A DNA stretch of 64,000 bases from Octopus vulgaris. Lineage: Eukaryota. The translations under genes and the position numbers were made by a program. Below the pieces are notes generated by a model that did no database searches, was not told where the DNA came from, and was given only the letters and a program-made list of their open reading frames with translations. The DNA lies in contig OX597838.1 of assembly GCA_951406725.2 (NCBI GenBank), positions 25,854,001-25,918,000 of the forward strand, written 5' to 3'. Positions 23,186-37,190 of this stretch are shown here, one piece after another (position 1 is the stretch's first letter; each line of letters opens with the position of its first letter).

Positions 23186-23278
23186 AGAATGTTGTTGACA
23201 GTGACTGCGAAGTTTTGGCCAGCTAAGCCCTCATCAGACGGCTGGTCAAAACTTCAAAGTTATTGTCAACAACATTCT
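23186..23278. repeat. short foldback repeat, Penelope-like
   Basis: agaatgttgttgaca...ggccagc and gctggtc...tgtcaacaacattct inverted arms (~38 bp). Confidence 0.7.
23197..23240 (-). ncRNA. degenerate hammerhead motif
   Basis: GU-CUGAUGA-G-GGC(UUAGCUG)GCC-AAA-ACU(UCGC)AGU-C-ACUGUC; G12>A, 5' strand of stem I truncated by the inversion. Confidence 0.45.
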
Positions 23279-23368
23279 TGTTTTAAGAGTAATAAATTTG
23301 TACTCAACAAAAGAACAGATTAATGTAAAATTGTTTTTTTATGTTCAGTTATGATAAAAACTAATATC

Positions 23369-23400
<32 letters not shown>

Positions 23401-23478
23401 GTAATCACATCAGTGCAAAACAAGCTGAACAAAAATAGTACTCCAATATCTAAGGTAGTGTAATATGATTTAATAAAA

Positions 23479-23479
<1 letters not shown>

Positions 23480-23525
<46 letters not shown>

Positions 23526-23641
23526 CATATATATATATATATATGTATGTATATGTATATATGTATGTATATGTATATATATGTATGTATGTATATATGT
23601 ATATATATGTATGTATGTATATGTATGTATGTATATGTATG

Positions 23642-23676
<35 letters not shown>

Positions 23677-23800
23677 GTATGTATGTATATGTATGTATAT
23701 ATATGTATATATATATATATATATATGTATGTATATATATATATATGTATGTATATATGTGTATGTATGTATATAGATATATGTATGTATGTATATATAC
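23480..23800. repeat. (TA)n/(TATG)n compound microsatellite
   Basis: direct reading; source of several spurious ORFs. Confidence 0.95.
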
Positions 23801-24641
23801 ATTAAGATTATACATGTGTGTGTGTTTGTCATATGCAGATAAGGTTATATATTCAGTTGTAAATGGTTTGTGTAATCATGAAATAACAATCTTGTTTACC
23901 TTCGGTATGAGACATATATACACCACCCTCTACATACTGCTAACACCGGTGTTTACTGAATATCACACACACACACACATACACACAAATGCAGAAAGAT
24001 AACATGTGGGGGTGAATGCTACAGTTTAGGTCTAAAGAACCTGGACATTTCCTGGTAGCATTAGTAATGCTTGGCACTGCTGCAGGAGTGATTGCCGTCA
24101 GAAGGTACCGGAACAATATTGATGTTTCCAATCAGCATCTGATGAAGAAAACATCCTACAGGGCAAGCTCGATGTTAGAACCTTTATCGTCTCTGTGCTG
24201 ACCAGACTATCAGTTGTTATACGTCCGCTGGCCGGTCATCATGTACTTCTTTTGCATTGATGCAGCTTTTGAATGACCACCCCACTCTGCCGGCTTGGCA
24301 GGAAGGCAGGCCAGGCCAACATTCCGCTTGAATGAAACGCCAGTCTGTCACAGAGGGTCCCCATTTACTGTTGAGTGGGCTGGAGCAGTGTAGAATGAAG
24401 TGTCTTGTTCAAGAACACAGTGCACCACCAATCAGGGAATTGAAATCACAACTTTTGCTTATGAGCACAATACCTTAATTACAAGGCCACACACACACAC
24501 ACACACATGTACATACACACATGCTACATAAATTCCGAAGAATTTTCCAGCATGTAATTCAAACCGACACATCACTTGTTCTGTATTTTGAAATTTCTAA
24601 ACATTTCTCCTTCAGTCGGTCCTTATCATTTTAAGGTTTAA

Positions 24642-24787
24642 CCCTTTAGCATTTAAGCCAGCCATATCCGGTCCAAATATTCTCTAGTCAATCAACCACA
24701 TCAAAATATCAAAGCTTTAAGTGCTTTGTTAATTCAAATCGAAGTGAATAAATAAGCATTACTTCTGATAATCTGGATGCTGAAGGA
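24642..24787. mobile_element. piggyBac-like MITE (related copies near 10114-10622 and 48088-48283)
   Basis: ttaa-ccctttagcat ... atgctgaagga-ttaa. Confidence 0.65.
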
Positions 24788-25914
24788 TTAAACTTAATCA
24801 TTAAGGAGCACATTTCGTATTTTATATATGTGTCTGTCTGTCATCTAACGAGACTAAACTTCTATAGTTGACACAATACCATCTTATCCAGTCTTCTAAG
24901 CAATTGTCTGAGATACCTTAGACATCAGTTTGTTTAGGCATACTTTGCTATATGGATACGGATACTCACTGGATCATAAACTATTATACACCGTACATTT
25001 AAGAATAAAATGGTTTAAACCAATTCCATTCATCATACGCTAATTATAGAGATAGGAATTAACAGGTAGAGAAGAAAATATATAAGAAATTTTAAAAAAT
25101 GAAAACCGAGAGGGGTGAGTCCCTTGGGTGGAAATATGTCTGTGACAAAACAGAGGTGAATATAAAGTGGAAAAATGTCTTTATTAGAGGTTAGATGCAA
25201 AAACAAGAACAAAATAACAAAAAAAGTAACAAAAAAACCCCAACAACAATAGAATATAACACAAAAACACTCCTTCCTCCCCACAGAAAACAAAAGATTG
25301 TCACTCACAGCTTGCTTTAGTTGTTTTAAACCCTAGTAAAAACCTGATTTTTTTTTTCTTAATTTTTTTCCCTTTCCTTTTTTAACCTCCATTTTATGAA
25401 AGATAAAATTATCATGTACATATATATATGTATATACATGTGTGTGTATTTATATATATGTATATATACATATACACACACACATATATATATATATATA
25501 CGTGTGTGTGTGTATATATATATGAAACAACTTTTTCTCTTCTTCAATTTTTATATTTGAAAAAATATAAATTAAACAACAACAGTAAGTCATTTGTGAG
25601 TGTTTAATTCGTTAGGGACCCAGAAATGTTCAACCCCCATAAACATAAATGGGTTATTTTTTTTTTGATTTTTCTTCACAACTTTAATGTTAATAATAAT
25701 AATAATAACAACAATAACAAGAATCAACAAGAAACCCCCTAATTACAAAGTGAAAAGTACAAACTCATTGAGGGATTTAGGGGATTAATAAAATCCAGAA
25801 AACACAAGGTATTAAAAATAATAAAAAAAAGATCATGAAAGAATTAGTGGGCAAGTTGATTAAGAAATGAAATTTTAATGACTTTTCTTAATTAGGTGCC
25901 TACCAAGATGATAA

Positions 25915-27340
25915 TTTGGTTGTTTTATACCATTGGCACAGGGAGGACCTCAAAATTTTTGTAATAGTTGATTAAATCAACCCCGGTATATGACAGGTAT
26001 TTTCTCAACTCCTGAAAGAATGAAAGGCAATGCCAACTGCAACAGGATTTAAACTCAGTGTAAATAAAGAAGGGATGTGAGTAAATACCACAAGGCATTT
26101 TTGTCTGATGCTCTACCGACTACCAATAATAATAATTTTGAATTTTCCACAAGGGGGCACAGATGTTTAAAGAAGAGGGGCAGTCAATATACTTGAGTAT
26201 ATTGACTGCCCCAGCTTGGGAATTAAGTAAAGAAGGGATTTAACTAAACACCACCAGGTATTTTGTCCAATGCTCAACCAATCGACTCCCCTGTCAATAA
26301 CGATTTCAAATTTTGCCAACCCCAGTATTTCACTGGTACTTGTTTTATTAACCCCAAAAGGATGAAAGTCAGTCGTGCTAACGATTCTGCTAGCTCGCTG
26401 CTTTTACCCTGTCAGTAACGATAATTGTTTATAATAGAGGCACAAAGCCAAAAATGTGAGGAGATGCATTATTAGTCAAATAAATTGACCCTAGTACTTT
26501 GCTGGTACAAAATGCTATTGGCTCCAGAAGTACAAATAGTAAAATAGTCATTGGTGAGATTTGAAATTGGGGATTTTAAGAACCAGAACTAAACACTGCA
26601 AGGTATTTCGTCTGATACCCTAATGAGTCTCCCAAAACCATTGTCCTTAATAATCTTTTCTACGACAGGGACAAGGACTCGGGGAGTGGGGGGTAGTAGA
26701 CTGCATTGACCCTTGACCCAGTGTAATCAACAGGTACCTGTTTCACTGGCCCTGAAAGGATGAAAGGCAAAGTCGACCTCCGCAGAATTTAGACTCAGAA
26801 CATACAACTGGAAGAAATACTTGCTATTTTGTCTGCTGTGCTAACCATTCTGCCAGCTCGCTGCCTTAATAATGATGATAATAATAATGATCCTTTCTAC
26901 TATAGGCACAAGGCCTGAAATTTTGGGGCATGGGACCTAGTCGATTACATCAACCCCAGTACCTCAGTGGTACTTATTTTATCAACCCCGAAAAGATGAA
27001 AGGCAAAGTCGACCTTGGCAGAATTTGAACTCAGAATGTGAAGACAGATGAAAGCATTTTTCCCAGTGTGCTAATGATTCTGCAAAGCTCACCACCTCAG
27101 TAATAACCCTTTCTACTAATAGGTGCCAGGGAGTTGGGGGTTATTGATCACATTGGCCTCAGCACAGAACTGGTATTTTATTTTGCCACCCCTGAAGGGA
27201 TGAACGACAAAGTTGGATATAAAGAGCTGGAACAAATACCTCAGGGCATTTTATGTTTTTTTACAAGTGATTCTGTCAGTCCACCACCTTAGTATATAAT
27301 AATAATAATAACAATAATAACAATAATAATAATAACAATG

Positions 27341-27376
<36 letters not shown>

Positions 27377-27515
27377 GTTTCAAATTTTGGCACAAAGCCA
27401 GCAAGTTCAGGGGAGGGTGTAAGTCGATTGCATCGACCCCAGTATGCAACTGGTACTTATTTCATCGATCCCGAAAGGATGAAAGGCAAAGTCGACCTCG
27501 GCGGAATTTGAAATA
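25915..27515 (-). mobile_element. head-to-tail array of ~8 SINE copies separated by (AAT)n
   Basis: repeated ggcacaagg...gaccccag...ctggtac...gaaaggatgaaaggcaaagtcgacc...gaatttgaactcag. Confidence 0.85.
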
Positions 27516-28127
27516 ATAAATTCTAATGGTTTCTTAGAAAGGTATGAAGTTGGACATTGTTTAAGAGTGAGAGGTGGTGGGGTGGGGGAAACGGTTAAGT
27601 TGTGACAGTCATGCCTCCTTAGGGGGCATCTGCAACCTAAATGAAGTAGATTAGTACAAAATAAGTGCTGAAGAATCTTGTGATGGTGGTAGGGATTTAG
27701 CTAACCTTTGCACTACAGTGCTTCTACAATAATAATAATAACAGTAACAACAATAATAATAATAATAACAATAATAATAATAATGATAACAATAATAATG
27801 TCTCTACTGAGGCAAGAAGCCGTTAAGATATTTGGAGAAGAATATAAAGAGATTATATACATTCATTGTAGAAAACTGTAAAAAAGTTTGTTCATTTATT
27901 TATTTATTTATTTATTTATATTTGTGTGTGTATGTGAGTGTGTGTATATATATATTATTTATATCTCACGGTAGTCTTTAAATATCAAACGAGGTACCGT
28001 GAGATATGTTTACAGTGATAAGCTACCCAGCAATGTCCTTCCACCCCGCCTGTTTCTTAATGTGATTTTTATATTTAGGTAACTTCACTTTCTCGTATTA
28101 TGTATTATCTGTATACGCAGCAGCTAT

Positions 28128-28158
<31 letters not shown>

Positions 28159-28559
28159 TATATATATTCATTAATCTCATTTCTCCCTATAGCTTTATGA
28201 AATGAATATATATATATATGTGCATATATATATATATACATGTATGTATGCATATGTATATATACATACATGTTTGTATGTGTATGTATATATGTACATA
28301 CATGCATATATATATTGTTGATGTCATGAGAATTTAGAAACTTCAAGAATGTGAAACAATCCTTTTTAGGAACGGTGAATCTCGAAGCAGATGAAGCTAT
28401 AACAACAGCATGTGAATATTGGGTTAAAATGCTGACTTCATTCTAATATTTACACTCTATTATGTATAGCTTTATTTGCTTCAAGTTTCACCATTCCTAA
28501 AAGGAATCACACACATATTTGGAGTAAAGAAGTGTGTTCCCATGCAAGAAAGAATAAAG

Positions 28560-28864
28560 GAGAATTTGTTTCGGGGTCCGAAAATGTACCTGAATCTCAA
28601 AACATGTAGTTGCTTAAAAATCTTGCAACAGATTTGCCAAAACCTCAAACCGGCCTTGACAATCTCTTGCCGTGGGGAACGGAAAATCCTGCATTTCGGA
28701 CAGAGTCCTTAATCAGAGAAAAGTTGACAAGAATGAAATTAAAGGAAAACAGGAGAATTTTACATCCTCTAAGTTTGGTGTTTTGGTGAATCTGTTGCAA
28801 AATTTAGCAACAACTGCACGTTTTTAAATTTGGGGTGCATTTTTGGACCCCGAAACAAATTCTC
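28560..28864. mobile_element. MITE-like element with long imperfect TIRs
   Basis: gagaatttgtttcggggtcc... / ...ggaccccgaaacaaattctc; complementarity extends ~90 bp. Confidence 0.8.
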
Positions 28865-29382
28865 ATACATACATACATATATATATAGAGAGAGAGAGTA
28901 GCAAAGTTCTTAAGATTGGCTTTGAAAAGGAAACAAAGCTTAAAATTTTTAAGCTTATACACCTTTGCTGTCAATATTCTATTATTAATTAATATTCCAT
29001 TATTAATTAATTCATTTTAGTTTTGTTGTTATACAGGGCTGCCCGTAGCCCTCTTAAATAGTCTTTACCTCTACCTAACTTAGAAAAAGCAAGTCCCAAA
29101 ATTAATTCTTTTTGTTTTTTTCGCTTTTGTTTAATTAATAAGTTCCGTAACAGAATTTAGAAAATAAAATTATAATCCAAAAGATAATCTGATATGCCGC
29201 CCATCCAGTGATATGTTGTCTTGGAGTCTCTTCACACAGCTTGATGAGGAAATTGCTATCTACCCTCCCTTATGCACTGTGTAGAGGAGAAATGATAGGG
29301 TCACACAACTCAAAACCCCAGTGTATGTGTATATATTGGAAGTGTGCATATTAAGGGTATATATGTGTGTGTATATATAAAA

Positions 29383-29544
29383 CATATTTTAACGTGTATA
29401 AGGAATCCTTCTTTTGTCAAAAATTAGGTTAAAAAAATATGGGAGTTTCTTAAACATGAATAGTATTATGATCTTTCACAGAGCCTTTTTTCCATATTTT
29501 AAGCCCCCAAAATTAAGGGGTTCCTTATACACATTAAAATATGG
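29383..29544. mobile_element. pogo/Tigger-like MITE
   Basis: TIRs catattttaacgtgtataagga / tccttatacacattaaaatatg. Confidence 0.7.
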
Positions 29545-30339
29545 TGTGTGTATATATATTGGGGGAAAACACATCCATTACTTCTTCATTTTCTCCCCCC
29601 ATCCCCCAATATTGATAATTTCAATAATCCCTAACATACACCAATGACTTTCGCATTCTATGATAGGGATTAAACCAGTGGAATACCTTGGATTATATAA
29701 TCCCTCATGAGGATATAACTTCCTCAAATTAACTATATATTCCTGTCAGTCATTGGACTGTGGCCATGCTGGGGCACCGGTTTGAAGCATTTCAGCCGAA
29801 CAAATCAACCACAATATTTTTTTTTTTAAAGTTTGCAACTTATTCTATAGGTCTCTTTTGGTGAACTGCTAAGTTATGGGAACATAAACAAAGCAACACT
29901 GGTTGTCAAGCTGTAGCACAGTACACGCAGACACAGACATGCTTACAGACACATATATACATGTGTGTGTGTGTGTCCACATCATGACAGCATGGACAAT
30001 GAACATTAAATGATGATGGTAATGATATATATATATATATAGATAGATAGATAGATAGGATGGGCTCCCTCACAGTTTCCCCTCAACCAAATTCTCTCAA
30101 GTCATTGGTTGGTTGAAGACTCTTGCCCAAAGTGTTGCACAATATGTATTGCAGCAGCAAGGGAAAGATGCATGCACATGTGCAGCATACCCAGTTTTTG
30201 CACCATTGATTTTATGAAGACAAGTGGTTGGGAGGGGGAGTTGTTGTAGCTACTTGACCCCGGGATATAACTGGTACAGGTTTGCAAGTATATAATGTGT
30301 TATGCTACAGATATATAAGAAAGCATTATATTTGTTTTG

Positions 30340-30721
30340 AATTTAGGTATGCGGTCAAACTTTTGAGGGGAGGGGGCTAGTCAACTCCAATGACCCCAGC
30401 ACTTGGCATGTACTTTTTATTTTACTGACTCCAAAAGTTGACCTGAGTGGGGTTTGATCTCTGAATCTACAGAACTGAAAGTAAATACCACAAGGGATTT
30501 TGCCTAATAGCTCTAGTAGTTCTGCTGAGGGCCAGCAGTTTTAAGCGGTGAGTGAAGTCAACTACATCAACCCCTGTTCTAAACTGGTACATCTCTTTTC
30601 AACCTTAGAGAGATGAAAGGAAAATCAGATCTCGGTGGAATTTGAACTGAGAATGGCAAGCTGGAAGAAATGGTGCTAAGCATTTCATCTGACACAGTAA
30701 TGACTCTACCAGCTGGCCACC

Positions 30722-30756
<35 letters not shown>

Positions 30757-31205
30757 CGTTACTACTATAGGCACAAGGTCTAAAAATTTGGGGGAGGAGG
30801 ATAGTCAATTACATTGACCCCAGTATTCAACTGGTACTCAATTTATCGACCCCGAAAGGATGAGAGGTAAAGTCAACCTTGGCAGAATTTGAACTCAGAA
30901 CATAGTGACAAGTGAATATAGCTAAACATTTTGTCCAGTGTGCTAACAATTCTGCCAGCTCACCACCACATAATAATAATAATAACAACAACAACAACAA
31001 TCCTTTCTACTATAGGCACGAAGCCTGAAATTTTGGTGAAGTGAGTCTAGTTGCTTACAATGACCCCAGGGCTCAAATGGTACTTATTTTATTGATCCTG
31101 ATCGGATGAAAGGCAAAATCGACCTTGGCAGAATTTGAACTCAGAACCCCCAAAAAATCAGATGGAATGCTGATACAAAAGGTTCTGCTAGCTTGCTGCC
31201 CTAAT
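30340..31205 (-). mobile_element. head-to-tail array of 4 SINE copies
   Basis: same family and orientation as 25915-27515. Confidence 0.85.
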
Positions 31206-34200
31206 AAGCACTGAAATTTGCAGACGATTCATAGTGCTGAGCTTATTCATCCCCTCCCCTCAACAACCCCAAAGGAAGAAGGGCCCAATGATACACCGGG
31301 ACCCTATCTTGTCAGGGATATATTTTATAGTTAATGCTACAGAGAAAGGGAGATGAGTGCTGGCTTCATGAATCCTTGTGGGGTTGCTTGTAATAAATTG
31401 TTGCTCTGGCAATAATGTCTGCTTTTCCATGCTTGCATGGGTTGAACAGAGTTCAAGGCAGAGTCTAATACGTCCCCATGGCCAACTTTTATTTTCTGTC
31501 TTTTTGGTAGAAGATTGAAAGATCAATCACACTACTAGTATGACACATTGATACTTATGACAACTGTCACATGTCCAGACAAAGGAGACACACATATATA
31601 TATCATCATCATTATCGTTTAATGTCCACTTTCCAAGCTAGCATGGGTTGCACGATTTGACTGAGGTCTGGCGAACCAGATGGCTGCACTAGACTCCAAT
31701 CTGATCTGGCAGAGTTTCTACAGCTGGATGCCCTTCCTAACGCCATATATACATACATACATACATGTGTACATATACACATACATGTTCATCCTTATGC
31801 TTTGTGCTGATTTTTAATATATAAATGTACATACATATATATATATATATATATAATATAAATGTACATATATATATGTGTATAATATGTACAAATATAT
31901 ATATATAGGGGTCTTCCCTTAGGCAGGTCCTGTGCATGTGCACCTTCTCCAGCACTCTCTCTACAAACTGGGAGAGGGTCTGCACCCTCCCCTACCACCT
32001 TTAAATAGATTTCTGGAACTTTGGCTACCACGACTAGACTTGGGATGAATACCATAGTGGTTTACTGTTGCCTTCTACAGGCAGGTGGGATTTGAACTCG
32101 GAATGTAGAGAGCCGGGAGATATACCGTGAAGTATTTCTGCTCACGTGCCAACAATTCTGTCACCCACAAAGCAGTGTAAAGTGAACCATTTAGCTCAAG
32201 AACACAGCACGTTGCCTGATCTGGGAATAGAACCCATGATCTAGCAAGCTTGAGTCCAACACCCTAACAAGCCATGCGCCTTTACTGTGTGTGTGTGTAT
32301 GTATGTATACACATATGTACATGTGTTTGTAATATATGTCTTGTATGTATATTACACATACATACAAGGAGCACAAATTTTATGGACCCCTCCTGATTTG
32401 AAAGAAGGGAACAAAGAAAAAATAAATGGATATAGTCAGACTCAAAACTAGTATGTGGTCCTTGTTTTATTATCCACTTTTCCATGATTTCTCTCTCTCG
32501 CTCACACACACACACACACAGACAACATACTTTTGATGTCTACTTTTCTATGCTTGCTTGGATAGAATTTGTAGAGGCAGATTTTCAACAGCTGGATGCC
32601 CTTCCTGTTGCCAACCTTCAATCATTTCCAAGTAAGGTAATATTTTCACATAGCTTGACATGTTTCTATGGAAATGAAGGAAACCATTTGTGTGATGGTA
32701 ACAATCATTTGCAACTATTGTGCAATGTCAAAATAAGAAGAAATAAACACCTACATATATATGTATGTATGTATATACATTTGTGTGTCCGTGGATATTG
32801 ATATATATACAGGTTTCTTTCAGTTTTTGTCTGTTAAAACCATTCTTAAGGCATTGGTTAGCCTGAGGCTATAGAAGACAGGTGCCCAAGGTGCCATGCA
32901 GCCAGACAAGCTGAAAACACATACAATCCTGTTTCCTTTCCACTATAGAAACCTGAGAGAAAAGGAGCACAAATTTTGTGGACCCCTCCTGATTTGAAAG
33001 AAGGGAACAAAGAAAAAATTTACTCCAATTTATAAAATAAGTGTATGACAAACTAGAATCACAGCATATGGGTGACAGTGACATCTATTTTGTAATAGGC
33101 TCTAAACCTTTTTTTTTTTTTTTTACATTATGTTGGGGGCAGAGATGGGTTCAGAACAAGGGGGAAGGGTCTGACATTTTTATCTTAATGTTTGGAGCTG
33201 AGATGAATTTCGAAAACGAATGCCAACCATTTCGCTTTGTTTTTTTTATATGCAGATTTGAAAATGCTGCGTGAGACAATGGGTGTTTTATAATATTTGC
33301 TAAACCATGCAGATTTTAATAGGGAGTAAAATGTTTACATCTGCGATCCAGCAATTTGACACTGGCCAAATGGTCCAAAGGTCAAAAGGTCAGGACTGGC
33401 AGCCGTCTGTGTTGGAATACAGAATATGGAGAGGATTGTGCAGCTATTATTGTTGGGTTACAACTTACAACTAGTTATTGTTGTCTTGGTAATTCTTTCT
33501 GCTATAGGTACGAAGCCTGAAATTTCATGGGGGGGATCTAGTTGATTACATCAACCCCCAGTGCTCAACTGTTACTTATTTGATTGACCCCGAAAGGGTA
33601 AAAGGTAAAGTTGACTTCAGTGAAATTTGAACTCAGAACGACCAGAATGCTGCTAAGTATTTTGTCCCTTCTGCTAACAATGCTGCCAGATCACTGCCTT
33701 TAATAATAATAATAATCCTTTTTACTATCAGCACAAAGCCTAAAATTTTAAGGGAAGGAGCTAGTCAATTACATAGTCCCCAGTTCCCAGGTAGTACTTA
33801 TATCATTGACTCCAAAAGAATGAAAGGCTAAGTTCACCTTGGCAGAATTTAAATTTAGAACATAAAGCTGGTAGAGATGCTGCTAGGCATCTTGTCCAGT
33901 TGGCTTATGATTCTACTACCTTCATATCCTCTCAATAGTAATTGCAGGTGTAGACGTGGCCATGTGGTTAAACAATTTGCTTTCCAACCATATAGTTTCG
34001 GGTTCAGTCCCACTGAGTGGCACATAGTGCAAGTGTCTCCTTGTATAGCTCCAGATCAACCCAAAACATTGGGTGTGGATGTGGTAGGTGGAAACTGAAA
34101 GAAGCCTGTTGTGTGCATGTGTGTATGCATTTGCTTGTTTTTTTTGTCTTGACCTCATGCAACAGTTGTAAATGTGTGTCACCAGTGAAGGACACCAAAT

Positions 34201-34866
34201 GGTGTCCTTTGCTTCCAATCTTCTATGAAGTGCATGTCTAGCTAAGAGGAAATATTACCTTGCCTGGAAACAGGTAAGGGTTGGCAACTGCAAGGGCATC
34301 CAGCTGTAGAAATGTCTCAATGAATTCTGTTTAACCCATACAAGTATGGAAAAGTAGACATTAGAACATGATTATATATATATATATGTATGTATGTGTG
34401 TGTGTATGTATGACCATCATCCTTTAACATCTGTTTTCCACACGGGCATGTATGTATATATGCATGTGTATGTATATATACATAGAGGCCATCACTTGGT
34501 AATGTCTTCACTAATTATTTTAGGATCATATATAGTTGCGAGCGGAGAGGCATCTTTTTGGCTCTGCCAGCCTTGATCCAGCTGAATATTTAGAATGAGA
34601 CAACTAGAGGGAGCGAGAGAGACCACTGTATCAGCATTAGGTCAGGTTGGTACCTATTACAGCTGAGTAGACTGGTGCAACATGAAATGAAAATGCCTTG
34701 CTTAATTAAGGATACAACACTGCTCAGTCCAGGAATTGAACTCCCTATCTTTAGATCATGAACCTAATACCCTAACCACATCATTTATATATTACACACA
34801 CACTACAGATATATACACATGACACTAAGAGGTATCATTGAGACAGAGAAGTGACAGAAAAGAGAA

Positions 34867-34898
<32 letters not shown>

Positions 34899-35405
34899 CA
34901 TATAGGAGTGTGTTAGTGTGTGTGTGTATGGGGCAAGGATATATAAACTAATATAAATAGGGGAAAGGTCCATCCCCCTTCCTCTCTCTCTCAGATCACC
35001 CTCTTCACTTGTTAATAACGTGTATAGAAAGGTGGTGCAAAAAAATAATTTTAGGAGCAAGATGAAACCGGTGTGGAAAGAATGGGAGGGAGTGACTTTC
35101 ATGCTGTTTCTTTTGTTATTTTTTTTTATTGTTTGAGAGTACTTGCAAAAATATTTTAAACTAAAGTTAGAAGATATACTGTAGGACTGGCCCGCAGTAA
35201 ATGTACCAGTGTGTGTGTATACACACACTGTAGTATGTATGTACATCCCTGCAGGAGACCTACCATGATGGGTATATATTCACACAAGCCTTGGCCAACA
35301 GGAGACCTTTCATAATGGGTGTGTGTGTGTGTGTATACATATATACTGCAGTCTTGGCCAGCAGGAAATCTACAGCTGTTCCACATTATGTTTATACACA
35401 CTGCA

Positions 35406-35460
<55 letters not shown>

Positions 35461-35807
35461 GTTCTGCAGGAGAACTACTGCTGTACCACACTGGTACCAG
35501 ACCATTATGATATGTGTCTGTGTGTGCACATAAACACACCACAGTGGTTGACTTTCTCCCAAAAAGTTAAAGATATATTTCAGGAGAAAGGGAATTAGGT
35601 TTGATCATCGTGCCTTTCTCAGGGACATAATATAAGCTAAAAGTGGAGTGAGTACTACAGCAGAGTATCAAAAGTGGGTCTCGAGTTCTTCTTAGAGTAC
35701 TTTGTTCTTATAACAATGAGAAAAGCAGTAACAAAAAAGGTCGGACGGAATAGTTATTCAATCAATCACACTGGCTCAAACTCAGAGTACCCTAGTTATT
35801 TAATTAA

Positions 35808-35885
35808 TCACATTGATGCAAACTCGGAGTAGCCTACACGGATGTCTCACATTGATGCAAACTCGGAGTAGCCTACACGGATGTC
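35808..35885. repeat. perfect 39-bp tandem duplication
   Basis: tcacattgatgcaaactcggagtagcctacacggatgtc x2. Confidence 0.95.
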
Positions 35886-37190
35886 TTGAAGTTGATGTTT
35901 ATTGAAAGTTAACGGTGAAAGGGCAACCAGCATTCTAACATGTGTAACAGGAGTTTAGTGACTGCATGTCCGTGAAAGAGGGGGAGAGAGAGAGAGTGTG
36001 TGTGTGTGTGTGTGTGTGTTGGTGTTTGTGAGAGAGAAAGAAGAGGTTTGTTAAGCATTATATTTTTCAAATGAGCAACTTTGGCACTCCTTTAAAACTA
36101 AAATGGGAGTCTCTAAAGTTATGGGAGGGAAGGACGACAACGATGGTGGTGTCTGTAACTCCACTAGACACACACTTTGGATTTAAATCTCTACAGTAAA
36201 CATGGAGGGTGAATTTGGAGTAAGGGGTAAGGAGTGGGGGGGGGAGATAGATAATGAGAGGTGCCCCACCCTCATCTCACCTGTTTCCAGGTATGTGGAT
36301 CAAATCCAACAATAACCAAAAATTTAAAGTTTAGCTCTAGCTCCCTATCTTCACTAAAATATAGTTAAAAAGAAAAGGAAAAAAATTTTATTTTTTTTTT
36401 GTGGGGTGAGGTGATGGTGGGATTGTAGATATTCAATGACATTGACCTTGGTACTTTGCTAGTGCTTTACATTATCAACTCCTCAGAAGAATGAAAGGTA
36501 AAGTAGACCTTGGTTGGATTTGAACTTGGAACATAAAAGTCCATAACTAAATATTGTATTTTGTCCATTGCTAGAATGTCCCTTACATCATCCTACACTC
36601 TCATAATAATAATAATAATAATAATAAGGATTTCAAATTTTGGCTGGTGTGTACTAATGATAATGGCAGCTAAGTTTTGAGGGGAGGGGCTAGTCATTAT
36701 TATTGACCTCAATACATAACCGGTACTTTTATCAAATTTCAAAATGACAACAGGCAAAGTTGACCTTTGATGGTCAGTCTGATCTCTACATTGTTAGAAA
36801 TAGAGATTTTTGACTCAATGCCACAAAGCCATGCTTCGTTTTTCTTTTTAGCCTTTTCACTGCAAAATTAAATTTCCTTGTTATTCTACTAATGATGTTT
36901 AATATCTATAAAAAAATTTTTAAAATTCTGCAAGTCATGTTGCCACAGCAATAAACTTCATGTCTTCACAAGAAATCGTTTCAAACACGACATTCCTCGA
37001 CAAAAGATAGATTGATATATAAAACTGCTTTTGTCGGTCAGAGATAATGTAATTCTGAGAGGACATATCTGATTTCCACAGCAAAAGGATTAACCAATGC
37101 TGGCAGCAACAATGAGGATGATTACGCTAATGAAGTTAATTAAGACATTGATGACATTCTTTATTCTCTTTATGTAGTAATTAATTTTAA

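Noticed and set aside
23450-24002. Long ORFs rich in Y/I/H/T/C/V/M (also near 14569, 16098, 35156, 61271)
   Set aside because: Translations of (TA)n, (CA)n, (TATG)n and (CT)n microsatellites.
28001-28022. Similarity to the miR-190 5' end (agatatgttt)
   Set aside because: The match stops after 10 nt and its position does not fit a precursor arm.
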